Shown one piece after another: positions 9,771-19,526 of a stretch of DNA of 64,000 bases (positions are counted from its first letter, which is position 1; each line of letters opens with the position of its first letter). The notes under the pieces are model-generated. The model saw only the letters and a program-made list of their open reading frames with translations. It searched no databases and was not told the DNA's origin. The stretch comes from an uncultured virus (IMG/VR IMGVR_UViG_3300002835_000128) (taxonomy: Duplodnaviria; Heunggongvirae; Uroviricota; Caudoviricetes): IMG/VR virus record IMGVR_UViG_3300002835_000128; one strand, 5' to 3'. The translations under genes were made by a program, and so were the position numbers.

Positions 9771-10145
9771 TTAGCTAATTTCTTCCCAACTTGCAACAAC
9801 AACTATGGTATTAGCTGCATTGCTTGAAGCGCCTATAGATTGATTTTCTTTTAGATATATTCCTGTTGATTTGTCCATGATGATTAATGATGAACGAGCA
9901 GGAACTGAAGCAACAGCAATAATAGGATATCCATTGCCTGCTAAATCATCTTGATCGTAAACCAAAACACTCACATAAGCTGAAGTATTACCTTCCACGT
10001 TAGAGGCTACGATTGAGTTGAGTTTATATACAGCACTACTATTGTCTGGATTATTCACAACAACAGTGTTTGCTGTTCCAGTTAATCTGACAAGTGAGTT
10101 GTTCGCTCTAAGTGTGGCAACATTTACGATGTTTGGGTTTGCCAT
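9771..10145 (-). CDS. Small virion adaptor-like protein (MANPNIVNV...SWEEIS)
   Basis: Paralog of 80..439; weaker similarity to 16058, 18392 and 12812 ORFs. Confidence 0.65.
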   Translation of the reverse strand: MANPNIVNVATLRANNSLVRLTGTANTVVVNNPDNSSAVYKLNSIVASNVEGNTSAYVSVLVYDQDDLAGNGYPIIAVASVPARSSLIIMDKSTGIYLKENQSIGASSNAANTIVVVASWEEIS

Positions 10146-10150
10146 TTAAT

Positions 10151-10357
10151 TTAACCTCCGAATACTATTGAGATGGCAATAGATTTGCCTGTAGTTTCTG
10201 TTGCTAGTTTAGCATTTGTAATTGAGCCGGCTATGATTTGATTTGTGCCAACTGAATTATTGGCTAAATCAGCCAAAATAATTTCACCATTTGCTATAGC
10301 AGCTGAGGTGACTGAGTTGGAAGCAAGACCGTCTACTGTAATTCTTGAAAGTGCCAT
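10151..10357 (-). CDS. Short fibre linker (MALSRI...GKSIAISIVFGG)
   Basis: A.(N/G)S(V/I)T..(K/A)(I/L)A repeats; hydrophobic C-terminal peptide. Confidence 0.6.
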   Translation of the reverse strand: MALSRITVDGLASNSVTSAAIANGEIILADLANNSVGTNQIIAGSITNAKLATETTGKSIAISIVFGG

Positions 10358-10359
10358 TT

Positions 10360-10776
10360 TTATCTAACCAGTTCTGGTGGAGGATCACCTTCTGGTTTTG
10401 GATGATCCTCTTTAATTTTTTTAATTGTTTTGAACCATTCTGAATCTTTTAAATCGATACCATTATTTATAGAGTGCCAAATCATATCGAGTTGCTCAAA
10501 TCCATCTGGGTATTTATGACACCTATCATAAGCATATTGATAATACTCAGCAACTCTTTTTTGCCTATCGACTTCATTCATGATTTCTTCTTTTGATGGA
10601 GGAGGTAAACCATTTGGATCTTCCCATTTTGGCCAAGAGAATTCTCCACCACCAGCAATCATATCGAATTTAGCACCAGGTCTTAGAGCTTTGATTGCAG
10701 TATCTACACCATAAGCTAAACCAGATTGTCCTGTAAAATTTCTCATTAATTCATCCACATTCATTTTAAACTCCAA
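10360..10776 (-). CDS. XkdW-like tail fibre assembly protein
   Basis: AIKALRPGA...W....PS.EEI...Y...R...YP...EQLDMIWH...IK...PKP pattern. Confidence 0.55.
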   Translation of the reverse strand: MEFKMNVDELMRNFTGQSGLAYGVDTAIKALRPGAKFDMIAGGGEFSWPKWEDPNGLPPPSKEEIMNEVDRQKRVAEYYQYAYDRCHKYPDGFEQLDMIWHSINNGIDLKDSEWFKTIKKIKEDHPKPEGDPPPELVR

Positions 10777-10777
10777 A

Positions 10778-11233
10778 TTATAAAGTAGGTTGTGACGGCC
10801 AAGTTATCTCAAACGGGTAATTGGTTTGAGATGGTACTAAAGATAAATCGATTTTGTATTGCTCAAAGACTTCTGCTTTATTTACATTTCTTTCTATATT
10901 TTTATTCGCATAAGCAGTTTCTATTTCTATTCTTATTTGAGCAGAGTTTTCTAACTGAGTTCTTTTTAATTCTAACTCTTCTTCGGTTAAAGATACAATA
11001 TTCTTTACGACTTTAACCAATTTATTTTCTTCATCAACAGTTAAGACTTCACCATCGTACTTTTGATTGTAAGTTAATGGCAAACTTTCATCAACCTCTG
11101 GATACCAACGGCAATCAGAGACACCTAAGTTCGGATCGGTCCAAGAAAGGTCATACAGAGATTCTTGTTTTAATCCCTGTAAAAAGGAAGGAATGTCCTC
11201 TCTTGTTGGAGTATTGTTATGTATCTTAATCAT
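10778..11233 (-). CDS. Tail fibre assembly chaperone-like protein
   Basis: C-terminus Y...L..VP.Q..YP..I.WP..P is typical of phage tail assembly chaperones. Confidence 0.55.
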   Translation of the reverse strand: MIKIHNNTPTREDIPSFLQGLKQESLYDLSWTDPNLGVSDCRWYPEVDESLPLTYNQKYDGEVLTVDEENKLVKVVKNIVSLTEEELELKRTQLENSAQIRIEIETAYANKNIERNVNKAEVFEQYKIDLSLVPSQTNYPFEITWPSQPTL

Positions 11234-12810
11234 TCTGAAGGATAACGGAATTGTGTTTGAACATAAACATCAGGATATGTATTAGCAACGCTAAAAAATG
11301 TTGTTGTTCCGTTTGCAGTTGTAGAAGTTCCAGTTCCTAAAATTATATTTGCTGCATTTGACACCGCAACCGATTCTGTGTAAATGGACAAGCTGTTTAT
11401 TCTGTTTATGAATACCTCATTATCAGAACCTAGTGTTGTATTTGCTCCGCCGTTAGAAGGAGGAAATTTTCCTATAGTTAAATGTGCTTCTGAATCATCA
11501 TCATCACGTAGACTATTAACAGTATATAATTTTTCATCTGCAATAAAACTACCAAAGCCTAGAGTGGAGCCTACTGATCCGGTTCCTCCTGTTGTGTAAT
11601 ATCTATAATGCCATACAGGAACTTTATTATCTATTGATATTCTAGCTTGATTATTGTACGTTCTATAGATGTATTGAGTATCTCCAGTCCAAGTAAAATG
11701 AACAATTACATCTCCATTGCTAGTAATTTTGGCATTAGTGTCTAATAAACTAATATTTTGGTCATCTCCCATACTAAAAGAAATACAGGTTTGTGCAGTA
11801 CCAGTTTCAGATTCTCTGTATATGCAACATCTTGCATAATTTGCTGGAAGACCTCCTGGTCCACTTTTTCTAAAGGTAAGTATTACATTTTTTGAAGAAT
11901 CGGTAAGTATTCCATTTGAGTAAGCGTAGGCATAACCGTAATCTAAACCGGCATCAGGAAGTCTAAGTCTTTTAGTGTAAATGTGGTTTCCATTAGAATC
12001 CATTTTACCAAAGAAAACACCATCAGGAAAAACTGATTGATCGCCGCCAGTGTAATAGATGTTATCATTATCATTTACATCAACATATAAACCTCTTATG
12101 ATAGCGTTTGTAACTACAGGTTTAAGAGTTCTTTCCCAGATTACTGAGCCGTTATTTTTATTAACTTTTACTACAAACGCTTTATTTGCAGAGCTCGATG
12201 CGGTAACAGAAAACTCTCCAGCTACAATGATATTTCCTTCAGAGTCGAAACGCATGTCATAGATAGCTGATCCTCTATTATTGGTACTACCCAATTGATC
12301 TATCTTTAAAGTCCATCTTATGGTTCCTGTTGTACTGAAAGCATATATTGACGCTTCAACGACACCAACAGAAATATTTTCATTAGTTCCTAGATAAACA
12401 TTTCCATCATTATCAATTTTTAAACAATTAAAATTTTGAGGCGAATATACTCTTCCATATCTGTTTCCATCAAATTTGAAACATGAGCTATTTGCTGTAA
12501 CAAAATCAAGAGTATTTTCATCCCAGGTTCTAACCCAAAAAGTTGGAAAATCAGCGCCGTTCATATGAACTGCTTTAGTCAAATCGTCTGAAAAATTGGT
12601 GATTGTAAAACTAGCTATAGTGTTTCCACTAGTTCCTGTTCGCTGATCTATTACCCAATAGCTTTCTAAATCTAGAGGAGTTATTTCTTCTTTAGGTCTA
12701 GGCAATCCACCAACACTCGAAACAGTAGGAAATCCAGTTATAGATTTTGGAGTTACTCTACTGTTTCTTTTTGTTGATGGTGCTAATTTTGAACCAAACT
12801 GATATGGCAT
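11230..12810 (-). CDS. Putative beta-propeller receptor-binding protein
   Basis: D..GN(V/I)Y...K....G...W blade repeats. Confidence 0.55.
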   Translation of the reverse strand: MPYQFGSKLAPSTKRNSRVTPKSITGFPTVSSVGGLPRPKEEITPLDLESYWVIDQRTGTSGNTIASFTITNFSDDLTKAVHMNGADFPTFWVRTWDENTLDFVTANSSCFKFDGNRYGRVYSPQNFNCLKIDNDGNVYLGTNENISVGVVEASIYAFSTTGTIRWTLKIDQLGSTNNRGSAIYDMRFDSEGNIIVAGEFSVTASSSANKAFVVKVNKNNGSVIWERTLKPVVTNAIIRGLYVDVNDNDNIYYTGGDQSVFPDGVFFGKMDSNGNHIYTKRLRLPDAGLDYGYAYAYSNGILTDSSKNVILTFRKSGPGGLPANYARCCIYRESETGTAQTCISFSMGDDQNISLLDTNAKITSNGDVIVHFTWTGDTQYIYRTYNNQARISIDNKVPVWHYRYYTTGGTGSVGSTLGFGSFIADEKLYTVNSLRDDDDSEAHLTIGKFPPSNGGANTTLGSDNEVFINRINSLSIYTESVAVSNAANIILGTGTSTTANGTTTFFSVANTYPDVYVQTQFRYPSE

Positions 12811-12811
12811 C

Positions 12812-13219
12812 TTAGAAGTCTGTGTATTCTGCTTTGAAGATTATACCAATTGGTAAAGCAACTTGTGCTCCAACATAAATCGAATCTGATGCTTCCAATC
12901 TCAGAGGATTAGTCTCTGTGTAATTGAAGTTTGTTGGAGTAATTCCAGATGTTGTACTAACTGTCTGAGCAGCCATAACATTTGCATCAATTAGATTTTT
13001 TGTAACGCCACCATTTTTGCTTAAAAATAAAGCAATCGTTGTAGCAGTCACAGTAGCTGAAGGTAAAGCAGATATTCTAGTCACAACGGAACCGTCTGAG
13101 CCAGCTGTTAGTAAAAGCTGTGTGTTAGCTGGAGTGCTAGATATATTACATGCAGTATTACAGTTTGCTGTGACAGTTTTTGGTGTCTGTGCAAATGGAG
13201 CTGTAAATGTTTTTGCCAT
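12812..13219 (-). CDS. Small virion adaptor-like protein (MAKTFTAPFAQ...AEYTDF)
   Basis: Same cassette position as the other adaptors; LRLEASDSI matches LVLEASDAL of 18392..18712. Confidence 0.6.
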   Translation of the reverse strand: MAKTFTAPFAQTPKTVTANCNTACNISSTPANTQLLLTAGSDGSVVTRISALPSATVTATTIALFLSKNGGVTKNLIDANVMAAQTVSTTSGITPTNFNYTETNPLRLEASDSIYVGAQVALPIGIIFKAEYTDF

Positions 13220-13231
13220 TTTTTATTTCCT

Positions 13232-13801
13232 TTAATTAAAACTTAGAGCTATAGCTTGTGCTTGGGCTAAAGCTGTTGTATTCGAGAATGGAACCTGAGA
13301 AGCTATAGAAACATTAGCTGCGTAAGTTACTCTGCCTGCTGCATCTACATTGATAACAGGAACAGCAGTTGAACTTCCATAGTTACCTGAAGAAACTCCA
13401 GTGTTCGTTAAATTGGTAGAACCAATTGTGTAGGTAGTTATTTTATCGCCAGTAACCGCTGATGGAGCTAGTTTTGGATTTGTAACTGAACCATCAGTTA
13501 AAGTGTCCGTATTAATTGAATCTTGGTCAAGATTATATCTGAGTAATGTATAATTTCTAAATGTAACTATAACATTATTTGAGGCTAAACTTGGAGCTTC
13601 TGTAAACGTAATCGTATTGGATCCGTTTACAGTATACGCTACATCTGGATCCTGTTGAACATTGTTTACAAGGACTTCGATATCGCTAGCATTATGCACT
13701 TCACGACTTAACGTGAATGTTAATGCGCTTCCATCTCCGTTAAACTTTTCTGTTTTAGCGATGAAACTTTGTGTGAGTGGTAAATTACCTAAGTACGGCA
13801 C
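13232..13801 (-). CDS. Fibre linker (MPYLG N-terminus, GDG..T.F domain, VDAAGRVT repeat)
   Basis: Paralog of 16391..16855; GTG start; ends ALAQAQAIALSFN. Confidence 0.65.
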   Translation of the reverse strand: MPYLGNLPLTQSFIAKTEKFNGDGSALTFTLSREVHNASDIEVLVNNVQQDPDVAYTVNGSNTITFTEAPSLASNNVIVTFRNYTLLRYNLDQDSINTDTLTDGSVTNPKLAPSAVTGDKITTYTIGSTNLTNTGVSSGNYGSSTAVPVINVDAAGRVTYAANVSIASQVPFSNTTALAQAQAIALSFN

Positions 13802-13816
13802 TTTTGTTCCTTTAAA

Positions 13817-14725
13817 TTAGTTTATGGTATAAACAAGGCCACCATTGAGAAAGCGAATTATAACTATTCCTGAACCACCCATTCCAGAACCTACTCCATT
13901 ATGACCACCGCCACCTCCACTTCCAGTGTTATTTGCTCCATTTTTTCCTATATTCGTAGGAGTTCCACCGTTTCCACCAATTCCTGATCCACCAAAACCT
14001 GAAGTAGTTCCACCAGAACCGCCTCCTCCGCCAGCGTAGGTTACTGAACTGCCGGATATAGAAGAAGTAGTTCCAGTACCACCGTTGGCTCCAGCATTTT
14101 GACCAGCGGTGCTAACACCAGAAGAACCTGCTCCGCCACCGCCGCCGGCAGCATTTCCTGCACCTTCTCCACTACCTCCAGGATTTCCTTGGCCAGGAAT
14201 TCCTAATCCAACAGGTCCGCCCTGAGCGCCGCCACCTGAACCTCCTGATAGTCCGGCGTTTGTAATACCAGGACCTGGTCCAAATCCACCTCCGCCTCCA
14301 AAAGTGGCAGTAATTGTAGAAAATACAGAATTTGTTCCATTTGAACCTAATCCTGGATTTCCGTTAGCTCTAGCTGCGCCGCCGGCCCCTACTGTAACAG
14401 TTAAAGATACATTAGAGGTTACTGGAAAATTAGATCCTAGTCTATATGCACCAGCACCACCTCCGCCGGCTGCCCAGTTTCCTGGCGCTCCTTCTCCACC
14501 TCCGCCGCCGCCAGCTACAACCAAATATTCTACATTACCCGTAAAATTGGGAATAAAGTTTCCAGAAGATGTGAAAATGTGGGCTGTATTTCCACCATCA
14601 ATGGCTACATTTCCTCCATTAGCAGAAAGACTTGCTACACCAAGTCCTACGGTTAAACCTGCTGGGTATTCGTACCCCTCAGGTCTAAAATTTTGTAACG
14701 AAAATCTTTTTGATGGGTCACTCAT
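13817..14725 (-). CDS. Glycine-rich domain tip protein
   Basis: HIFTSSG...VEYLVVAGGGGGG...GGSGIVIIR. Confidence 0.7.
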   Translation of the reverse strand: MSDPSKRFSLQNFRPEGYEYPAGLTVGLGVASLSANGGNVAIDGGNTAHIFTSSGNFIPNFTGNVEYLVVAGGGGGGEGAPGNWAAGGGGAGAYRLGSNFPVTSNVSLTVTVGAGGAARANGNPGLGSNGTNSVFSTITATFGGGGGFGPGPGITNAGLSGGSGGGAQGGPVGLGIPGQGNPGGSGEGAGNAAGGGGGAGSSGVSTAGQNAGANGGTGTTSSISGSSVTYAGGGGGSGGTTSGFGGSGIGGNGGTPTNIGKNGANNTGSGGGGGHNGVGSGMGGSGIVIIRFLNGGLVYTIN

Positions 14726-14727
14726 AA

Positions 14728-15084
14728 TTAAGCATTCTCTGTAATTTCATCCCAAGTTAATGTATCTTCATTCCAACCATACATTCTTCCATCAGTTGGC
14801 ATATCAACTGGTGGTTTCCATGAGGCTGTATCAACATCTAGTGTCCAACTATTAAATGGTTTAGGAGGCATAAAGATGTCATTTTCAGAATCGTAGATGT
14901 ATCCTATACCTGCATAATTTCCACGTAGAGGAGTTCCTCCTAAAGCGTGAGTATTATTTCTGGTGTTGTACGAAGTTTGGATCCACATTGAGGGATCACC
15001 AACAGCACCAGTGTTAATGAAATCTTGTTCTGCTACAATCACAGAAGTTACAATACCATTTTCAATTTTAGCAAAATGTGACAT
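14728..15084 (-). CDS. Putative chaperone/partner of Gly-rich tip proteins (MSHFAKIENG type)
   Basis: WIQTSYN...RGNYAGIGY.YD...D.F..PKPF.SW motif; lies between two Gly-rich genes. Confidence 0.6.
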   Translation of the reverse strand: MSHFAKIENGIVTSVIVAEQDFINTGAVGDPSMWIQTSYNTRNNTHALGGTPLRGNYAGIGYIYDSENDIFMPPKPFNSWTLDVDTASWKPPVDMPTDGRMYGWNEDTLTWDEITENA

Positions 15085-15105
15085 TTTCTATTTTTCTCCT
15101 ACTTT

Positions 15106-16056
15106 TTAATTTATAGCGTATGTACCAGGTAAACTTATACTACCTTCTGTTATTGGAACTCGAATAATAATTATTCCTGATCCTCCGTTGCCGCCAGCGC
15201 CAACACCGCCATTGTTTCCTCCACTGGCTCCACCTCCACCACCAGTATTATTGGCTCCAGCTTGACCATTTCGGCCAGTATCTCCAAGGCCACTTGCTCC
15301 TCCTCCGCCAGTTCCTCCAGCAGTATTCGACGATGGAGATTCATAAGAATGTCCTCCGCCGCCACCAGCGTAAGCAACATTAGAACCAGATATAGTAGAA
15401 AATAATCCAGCGCCTCCGTTACCACTAGACAAAACGCTAGGATTTCCAAAAGCACCATTAGCAGAAGCGCCGCCGCCACCGCCGCCACGGCCAAATCCTG
15501 TGCTTCCTCCCCCATTATTTCCTTGACCGGAAATACCAGATCCCCCGAAACCACCTCGGCCACCGCCTCCGCCAGAACCTCCTGGTCCTCCAGAAATTCC
15601 GTCTGCCGGTCCTCCCGGAGCTCCACCATAACCTCCACCTTCAGAAGTTATTGTTGAAAAAACGGAATTGCTTCCTTTTATTCCACTAGCTGTAACAGCC
15701 GGAACTCCTGGCCCACCTTGAGATGCTCCAGAACCGCCGGCACCAACAGTTATCGCATAAGTGGTGCCTTCTGAAACAGGAAATCCTGAACCTGTTCTAA
15801 AACCACCTGCTCCACCGCCTCCAGCAATCCCAGCGCCGCCTCCTCCTCCACCGGCAACAACGAGGTATTCAACAGAACCATAAAACTGTACTGTTAAATT
15901 TCCTGAGCTGGTAAAAGTATGAATAACATTATCACCAATAACAGTTTGTGTTCCTCCAGTCATTAACAATGCGGTGTTAAGCGTTTTTACTGAAACTGGA
16001 GTTAACCCTATAGGAAAGGCATATCCTTTCGGTCTTCCGATTGTTTTAATCGACAT
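15106..16056 (-). CDS. Glycine-rich domain tip protein
   Basis: HTFTSSG...VEYLVVAGGGGGG...GGSGIIIIR; paralog of 13817..14725. Confidence 0.7.
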   Translation of the reverse strand: MSIKTIGRPKGYAFPIGLTPVSVKTLNTALLMTGGTQTVIGDNVIHTFTSSGNLTVQFYGSVEYLVVAGGGGGGAGIAGGGGAGGFRTGSGFPVSEGTTYAITVGAGGSGASQGGPGVPAVTASGIKGSNSVFSTITSEGGGYGGAPGGPADGISGGPGGSGGGGGRGGFGGSGISGQGNNGGGSTGFGRGGGGGGASANGAFGNPSVLSSGNGGAGLFSTISGSNVAYAGGGGGHSYESPSSNTAGGTGGGGASGLGDTGRNGQAGANNTGGGGGASGGNNGGVGAGGNGGSGIIIIRVPITEGSISLPGTYAIN

Positions 16057-16057
16057 A

Positions 16058-16387
16058 TTAAGTTATCTCAGAACCAAAAATACTAAATGAAACGCTGTTA
16101 TTATTTGTGTTTGCTCTTACTTGATCGCCTGCATCAATCGTCAATCCTAGAGTGATTGCTATTGAATCTGCAGCAGGCACAACGCCGCCACGAATTATAT
16201 AGTGTTTAACATTATCAGCTTCAGCATTTGGTGCCACAGCAATACTATAAGAAGTGTTTATCGCTGTTTGGTTACAGATTGTAATTGTAGATATAACTGC
16301 TTGAGTCGCTGCAGGAACTGTATAAACATTCGATAGCGTATTCGCCGCTGGGTTTATTTGTCCTAATACTTTATATGTTGTTGGCAT
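16058..16387 (-). CDS. Small virion adaptor-like protein (MPTTYKVLGQ...FGSEIT)
   Basis: VYTVPA...ISTITICN...SFSIFGSEIT; cassette position. Confidence 0.65.
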   Translation of the reverse strand: MPTTYKVLGQINPAANTLSNVYTVPAATQAVISTITICNQTAINTSYSIAVAPNAEADNVKHYIIRGGVVPAADSIAITLGLTIDAGDQVRANTNNNSVSFSIFGSEIT

Positions 16388-16390
16388 TTG

Positions 16391-16855
16391 TTACATTCCT
16401 GATAGTAAAAATGGATTAAATCCTGTTTCAATAGCTACGTTTGAAGCGGAAGTAATTCTTCCTTGAGCATCTACTGTAAATGAAGATACATTCGAAGCAC
16501 CACCATATAAACCAGCTGACACTCCTGTTGTTGTTAGTCTTACTGAGGTGATACTGTTCGCAGCAATTGTTCTATCTGTTACCGATAAATCTGATGGTAC
16601 AGAAGAAACACCAAATAATCCAAGATAGACAATTTGAATATTGTTTGTTCCTGTTGGAGGTGCTTCTGTAAAAATTATATTTCTTCCGCTTAGATAATAA
16701 CTATCTATGTTTTGACGAATTCCTCCAACGAAAACCATTATTGAGCTAGTAGCCGCAACAGCTTCACGCATCACAAAAGATGTGGTGCTGTTATCGCCGC
16801 TAAAGACATCAATATAGAATGTCGTTGATTTTGGTATGCTTCCTAAGTATCCCAT
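16391..16855 (-). CDS. Fibre linker (MGYLG N-terminus, GDNSTTSF domain, VDAQGRIT repeat)
   Basis: Paralog of 13232..13801; ends FNPFLLSGM. Confidence 0.65.
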   Translation of the reverse strand: MGYLGSIPKSTTFYIDVFSGDNSTTSFVMREAVAATSSIMVFVGGIRQNIDSYYLSGRNIIFTEAPPTGTNNIQIVYLGLFGVSSVPSDLSVTDRTIAANSITSVRLTTTGVSAGLYGGASNVSSFTVDAQGRITSASNVAIETGFNPFLLSGM

Positions 16856-16884
16856 AATTCTTTATTTATTTGTGTTTTAGCTCT

Positions 16885-17799
16885 TTAGTAAGTAAAAGAA
16901 CCAGAATTTGCAAATGTATGATATGTATAACCACCACTTGAAACTATATTACCACCATTAGCTTTTGTTATTCCTTGATATCTCACAATGACTACACCTG
17001 AACCACCTGAGCCTCCGATTCGCTGATATGGAGCAGTATCGGATCCACTTCCACCACCGCCTGATCCAGTTTTTTCAGTAGCTGGCCCACCGTTAGTTTC
17101 ATTATTGCCACCATTTCCAGCACCACCTCCTCCACCCGAAGCACCAGATTGAACTGGACTTCCGCCGGCACCTCCGCCACCAGCGTAAGATCCTCCAGAT
17201 CCAGTAGAAGTTGCTGTAGCCCAAGTTGAATAAGCAGCCGTTGCTGACCCTCCGGTACCAAAATAAACTGGTGGTGCTGTAGCATTTTGTCCAGCAGCAT
17301 TTGCTCCACCACCACCGCCTGCTGCACCCCAGTTAGCTGACCAGTTTGCAGCATCACCACCTTTATTTCCTTGTCCGGGAGTACCAGAACCTCCTGTTAT
17401 TGCACCTACAGGAGCTGGTGCGAATGATGTTGATCCTCCACCAGATCCTCCAGAAAAACCAAATCTACCAGTTCCACCACCTTCACCACAAGCACCGCCA
17501 CCTCCACCGGTGGCAGTTTGTGTTGAAAAATAAGATGGACTTCCATTAGCCCCAAAAGTTGCTGGTCCAGGAGTTGAACCAGTATCTGGTCCACCTCCGG
17601 CTCCTCCACCTCCAACGACTACTGTGTATGTTCCTTTTTTTATTTTTAAGTTATTGACATACAAAACACCACCCGCACCACCACCAGCTCCAGATATAGT
17701 TTGTCCTGAAGAACCACCACCACCGCCACCAGCGATAACTAAAAGTTCTAATTTTAATTCACTTGTTAAAGCTTGATTAAATTTTCTATGAGAAAACAT
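16885..17799 (-). CDS. Glycine-rich domain tip protein
   Basis: LLVIAGGGGGG...GGSGVVIVRY...YTYHTF..SGSFT. Confidence 0.7.
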   Translation of the reverse strand: MFSHRKFNQALTSELKLELLVIAGGGGGGSSGQTISGAGGGAGGVLYVNNLKIKKGTYTVVVGGGGAGGGPDTGSTPGPATFGANGSPSYFSTQTATGGGGGACGEGGGTGRFGFSGGSGGGSTSFAPAPVGAITGGSGTPGQGNKGGDAANWSANWGAAGGGGGANAAGQNATAPPVYFGTGGSATAAYSTWATATSTGSGGSYAGGGGAGGSPVQSGASGGGGGAGNGGNNETNGGPATEKTGSGGGGSGSDTAPYQRIGGSGGSGVVIVRYQGITKANGGNIVSSGGYTYHTFANSGSFTY

Positions 17800-18377
17800 T
17801 ATAAGTAATAATCTTGTGAAACAGTTCCGTACCAGTTAGTTCCATCGGATATAAATGAAATTATATCCAAACGATTCAAAGATGTTGTAAACGCTGGAGC
17901 ACTATTTGATGGCCATTTAACAGAGGTAAATGTGGCAGTTAAGTTATTAGCCCCAATTCTCATTAAAACTGTAAAGCTTTTGCCTGCTGAAACAGAAGGC
18001 ATTGTGAACGTACAATTTTGTGTTAGGTTAACAGTTTGTAATGTGCCGTTCGTTAATGATATTGTTTGTGAAGCACCAGAACTACCAATTGCAACAACAG
18101 ATTCAGTATAATTTGTGTACGTAGAATTTGTTAATGTTAAATTACTGACAGAAGTAACATTAGCTGAATAAGTAACTCTACCATCTTGACCAATGGTTAA
18201 AGTTGGTATGCCTGTTGAACCACCGTAAACTCCAGAAGTAACACCGGTGTTTACTAAGTTCGAAGAACCGATTGTATACGGAGCTATTCTGTCGCCAGTA
18301 AAAGTACCAAGTTCAAAAAGATTACCAGTTATGGTGCCACTTGATATTAAGTTACCGTAAACTCTTGTGAGTGCCAT
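17799..18377 (-). CDS. Fibre protein (MALTRV N-terminus, C-terminal beta-sandwich)
   Basis: TGVTSGVYG...DGRVT repeat; C-terminal VKWP...P......DIISF.SDGTNWYG. Confidence 0.65.
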   Translation of the reverse strand: MALTRVYGNLISSGTITGNLFELGTFTGDRIAPYTIGSSNLVNTGVTSGVYGGSTGIPTLTIGQDGRVTYSANVTSVSNLTLTNSTYTNYTESVVAIGSSGASQTISLTNGTLQTVNLTQNCTFTMPSVSAGKSFTVLMRIGANNLTATFTSVKWPSNSAPAFTTSLNRLDIISFISDGTNWYGTVSQDYYL

Positions 18378-18391
18378 TTATAATCTCTCTA

Positions 18392-18712
18392 TTAACTGAT
18401 TTCTAATACTGAGCAAATGACATCAGCGTTTGCTGAAGCTGACACTTTTAATGCATCGCTCGCTTCAAGAACCAATTTTTGGTCTCCACCTATTGGCACG
18501 AAAGAACCTCCAGCTGCAATCGTAACTTCTTTGATTAAATAATAATCGGTTCCACCTGCCGTCAAATATACATTTGCAGATATGGGAGAGTTAGTCATAT
18601 TTGCTACACTCATACCAATCACCGTGGCCTGAACACCACCACCTGCGGTAAACACTGTTTGTGGCGTAGTGTTAGCGTTTTTAATTAAATAATTTTTAAA
18701 GGTGTTTGCCAT
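18392..18712 (-). CDS. Small virion adaptor-like protein (MANTFKN...SVLEIS)
   Basis: TVIGMSVAN...GGDQKLVLEASD.L.V...SVLEIS. Confidence 0.65.
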   Translation of the reverse strand: MANTFKNYLIKNANTTPQTVFTAGGGVQATVIGMSVANMTNSPISANVYLTAGGTDYYLIKEVTIAAGGSFVPIGGDQKLVLEASDALKVSASANADVICSVLEIS

Positions 18713-18749
18713 TTTTTACTATCCTTGATGATCTATTTATGTGTTTGTT

Positions 18750-19295
18750 TTATCCTAAAGCAATCGACAGAGCAACTGCATCATTTAAAGCTGTATTGGC
18801 TGAATTGTAAGCCGCATTAGCATGGTCGTAAGACGAATTTGCTTGAATGAAAGCAGAATTAGCATAAGAACCAGAAATTGTCGCAGCAGAGGTTGAAATA
18901 GTTTGTGCTGCAGTGATACTAGAATAAATTAAAGTGTTCGCTGAACCAGTAAGAAAAGTTACATTAGCTGTTTGGAAATTACCATAATTTACTGAGGCAT
19001 TTGCCAGAGTAGTATTTCCTCCAACTGTAAGATTGTTGGCAAATGATGCCGAACCATTCGAATTAATGTCATCGAAACTTACGGAATCTAATACGATATT
19101 GCCCGAAACAGTTAAATCACCGCCAATTGTAAGGTTGTTCGCTACCGATAAGTTTGTATTGGCATAAAATGTCGTACTGCCTGGCCCACCAGGACCACCA
19201 TCAGTTAAATCATTTACCTTTGTAATAAGGTTTTGAGTGGCGGTTAACCATTGGCTAAACGTATTCGAGGTGCTTATTTGTGCAATAATAGCCAT
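18750..19295 (-). CDS. Fibre root/stalk protein ending AVALSIALG
   Basis: N-terminal NTFSQW...T..L motif; NAAF repeats. Confidence 0.6.
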   Translation of the reverse strand: MAIIAQISTSNTFSQWLTATQNLITKVNDLTDGGPGGPGSTTFYANTNLSVANNLTIGGDLTVSGNIVLDSVSFDDINSNGSASFANNLTVGGNTTLANASVNYGNFQTANVTFLTGSANTLIYSSITAAQTISTSAATISGSYANSAFIQANSSYDHANAAYNSANTALNDAVALSIALG

Positions 19296-19525
19296 TATTT
19301 TTCCTGATTTGCGGCAAGCTTGTACAACAACTGTTTAATTTCTTGCATATCTTGTTCTAATTGTCCTATTCGATTTACGGTCTTTTCTTCTTCAAGCTGC
19401 TTCTTCTTAGCAATCGCTCTCTCTGTATAATACTCTTCTAAAGAGGATCGGTCAGTATTTAGAATGGCTTTTGAATGTGTATCCCTTACGAATTGTGGTG
19501 CATCTTTTACTTTTAAATATGCCAT
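19295..19525 (-). CDS. Small conserved virion-associated protein (MAYLKVKD...RD..SKAILNTD)
   Basis: ATG 19525 directly after the upstream stop; C-terminal coiled coil. Confidence 0.6.
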   Translation of the reverse strand: MAYLKVKDAPQFVRDTHSKAILNTDRSSLEEYYTERAIAKKKQLEEEKTVNRIGQLEQDMQEIKQLLYKLAANQEK

Positions 19526-19526
19526 A

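Noticed and set aside
6333..17799. Diversity-generating retroelement acting on the tip genes
   Set aside because: No reverse transcriptase in the window and no near-identical TR/VR pair seen by eye; one elsewhere in the genome cannot be excluded
13817..17799. Alternative-frame and antisense ORFs over the Gly-rich genes (e.g. 14304+, 15171-, 16992-)
   Set aside because: Expected by-products of GGN codon runs that lack stops; no SD or motifs
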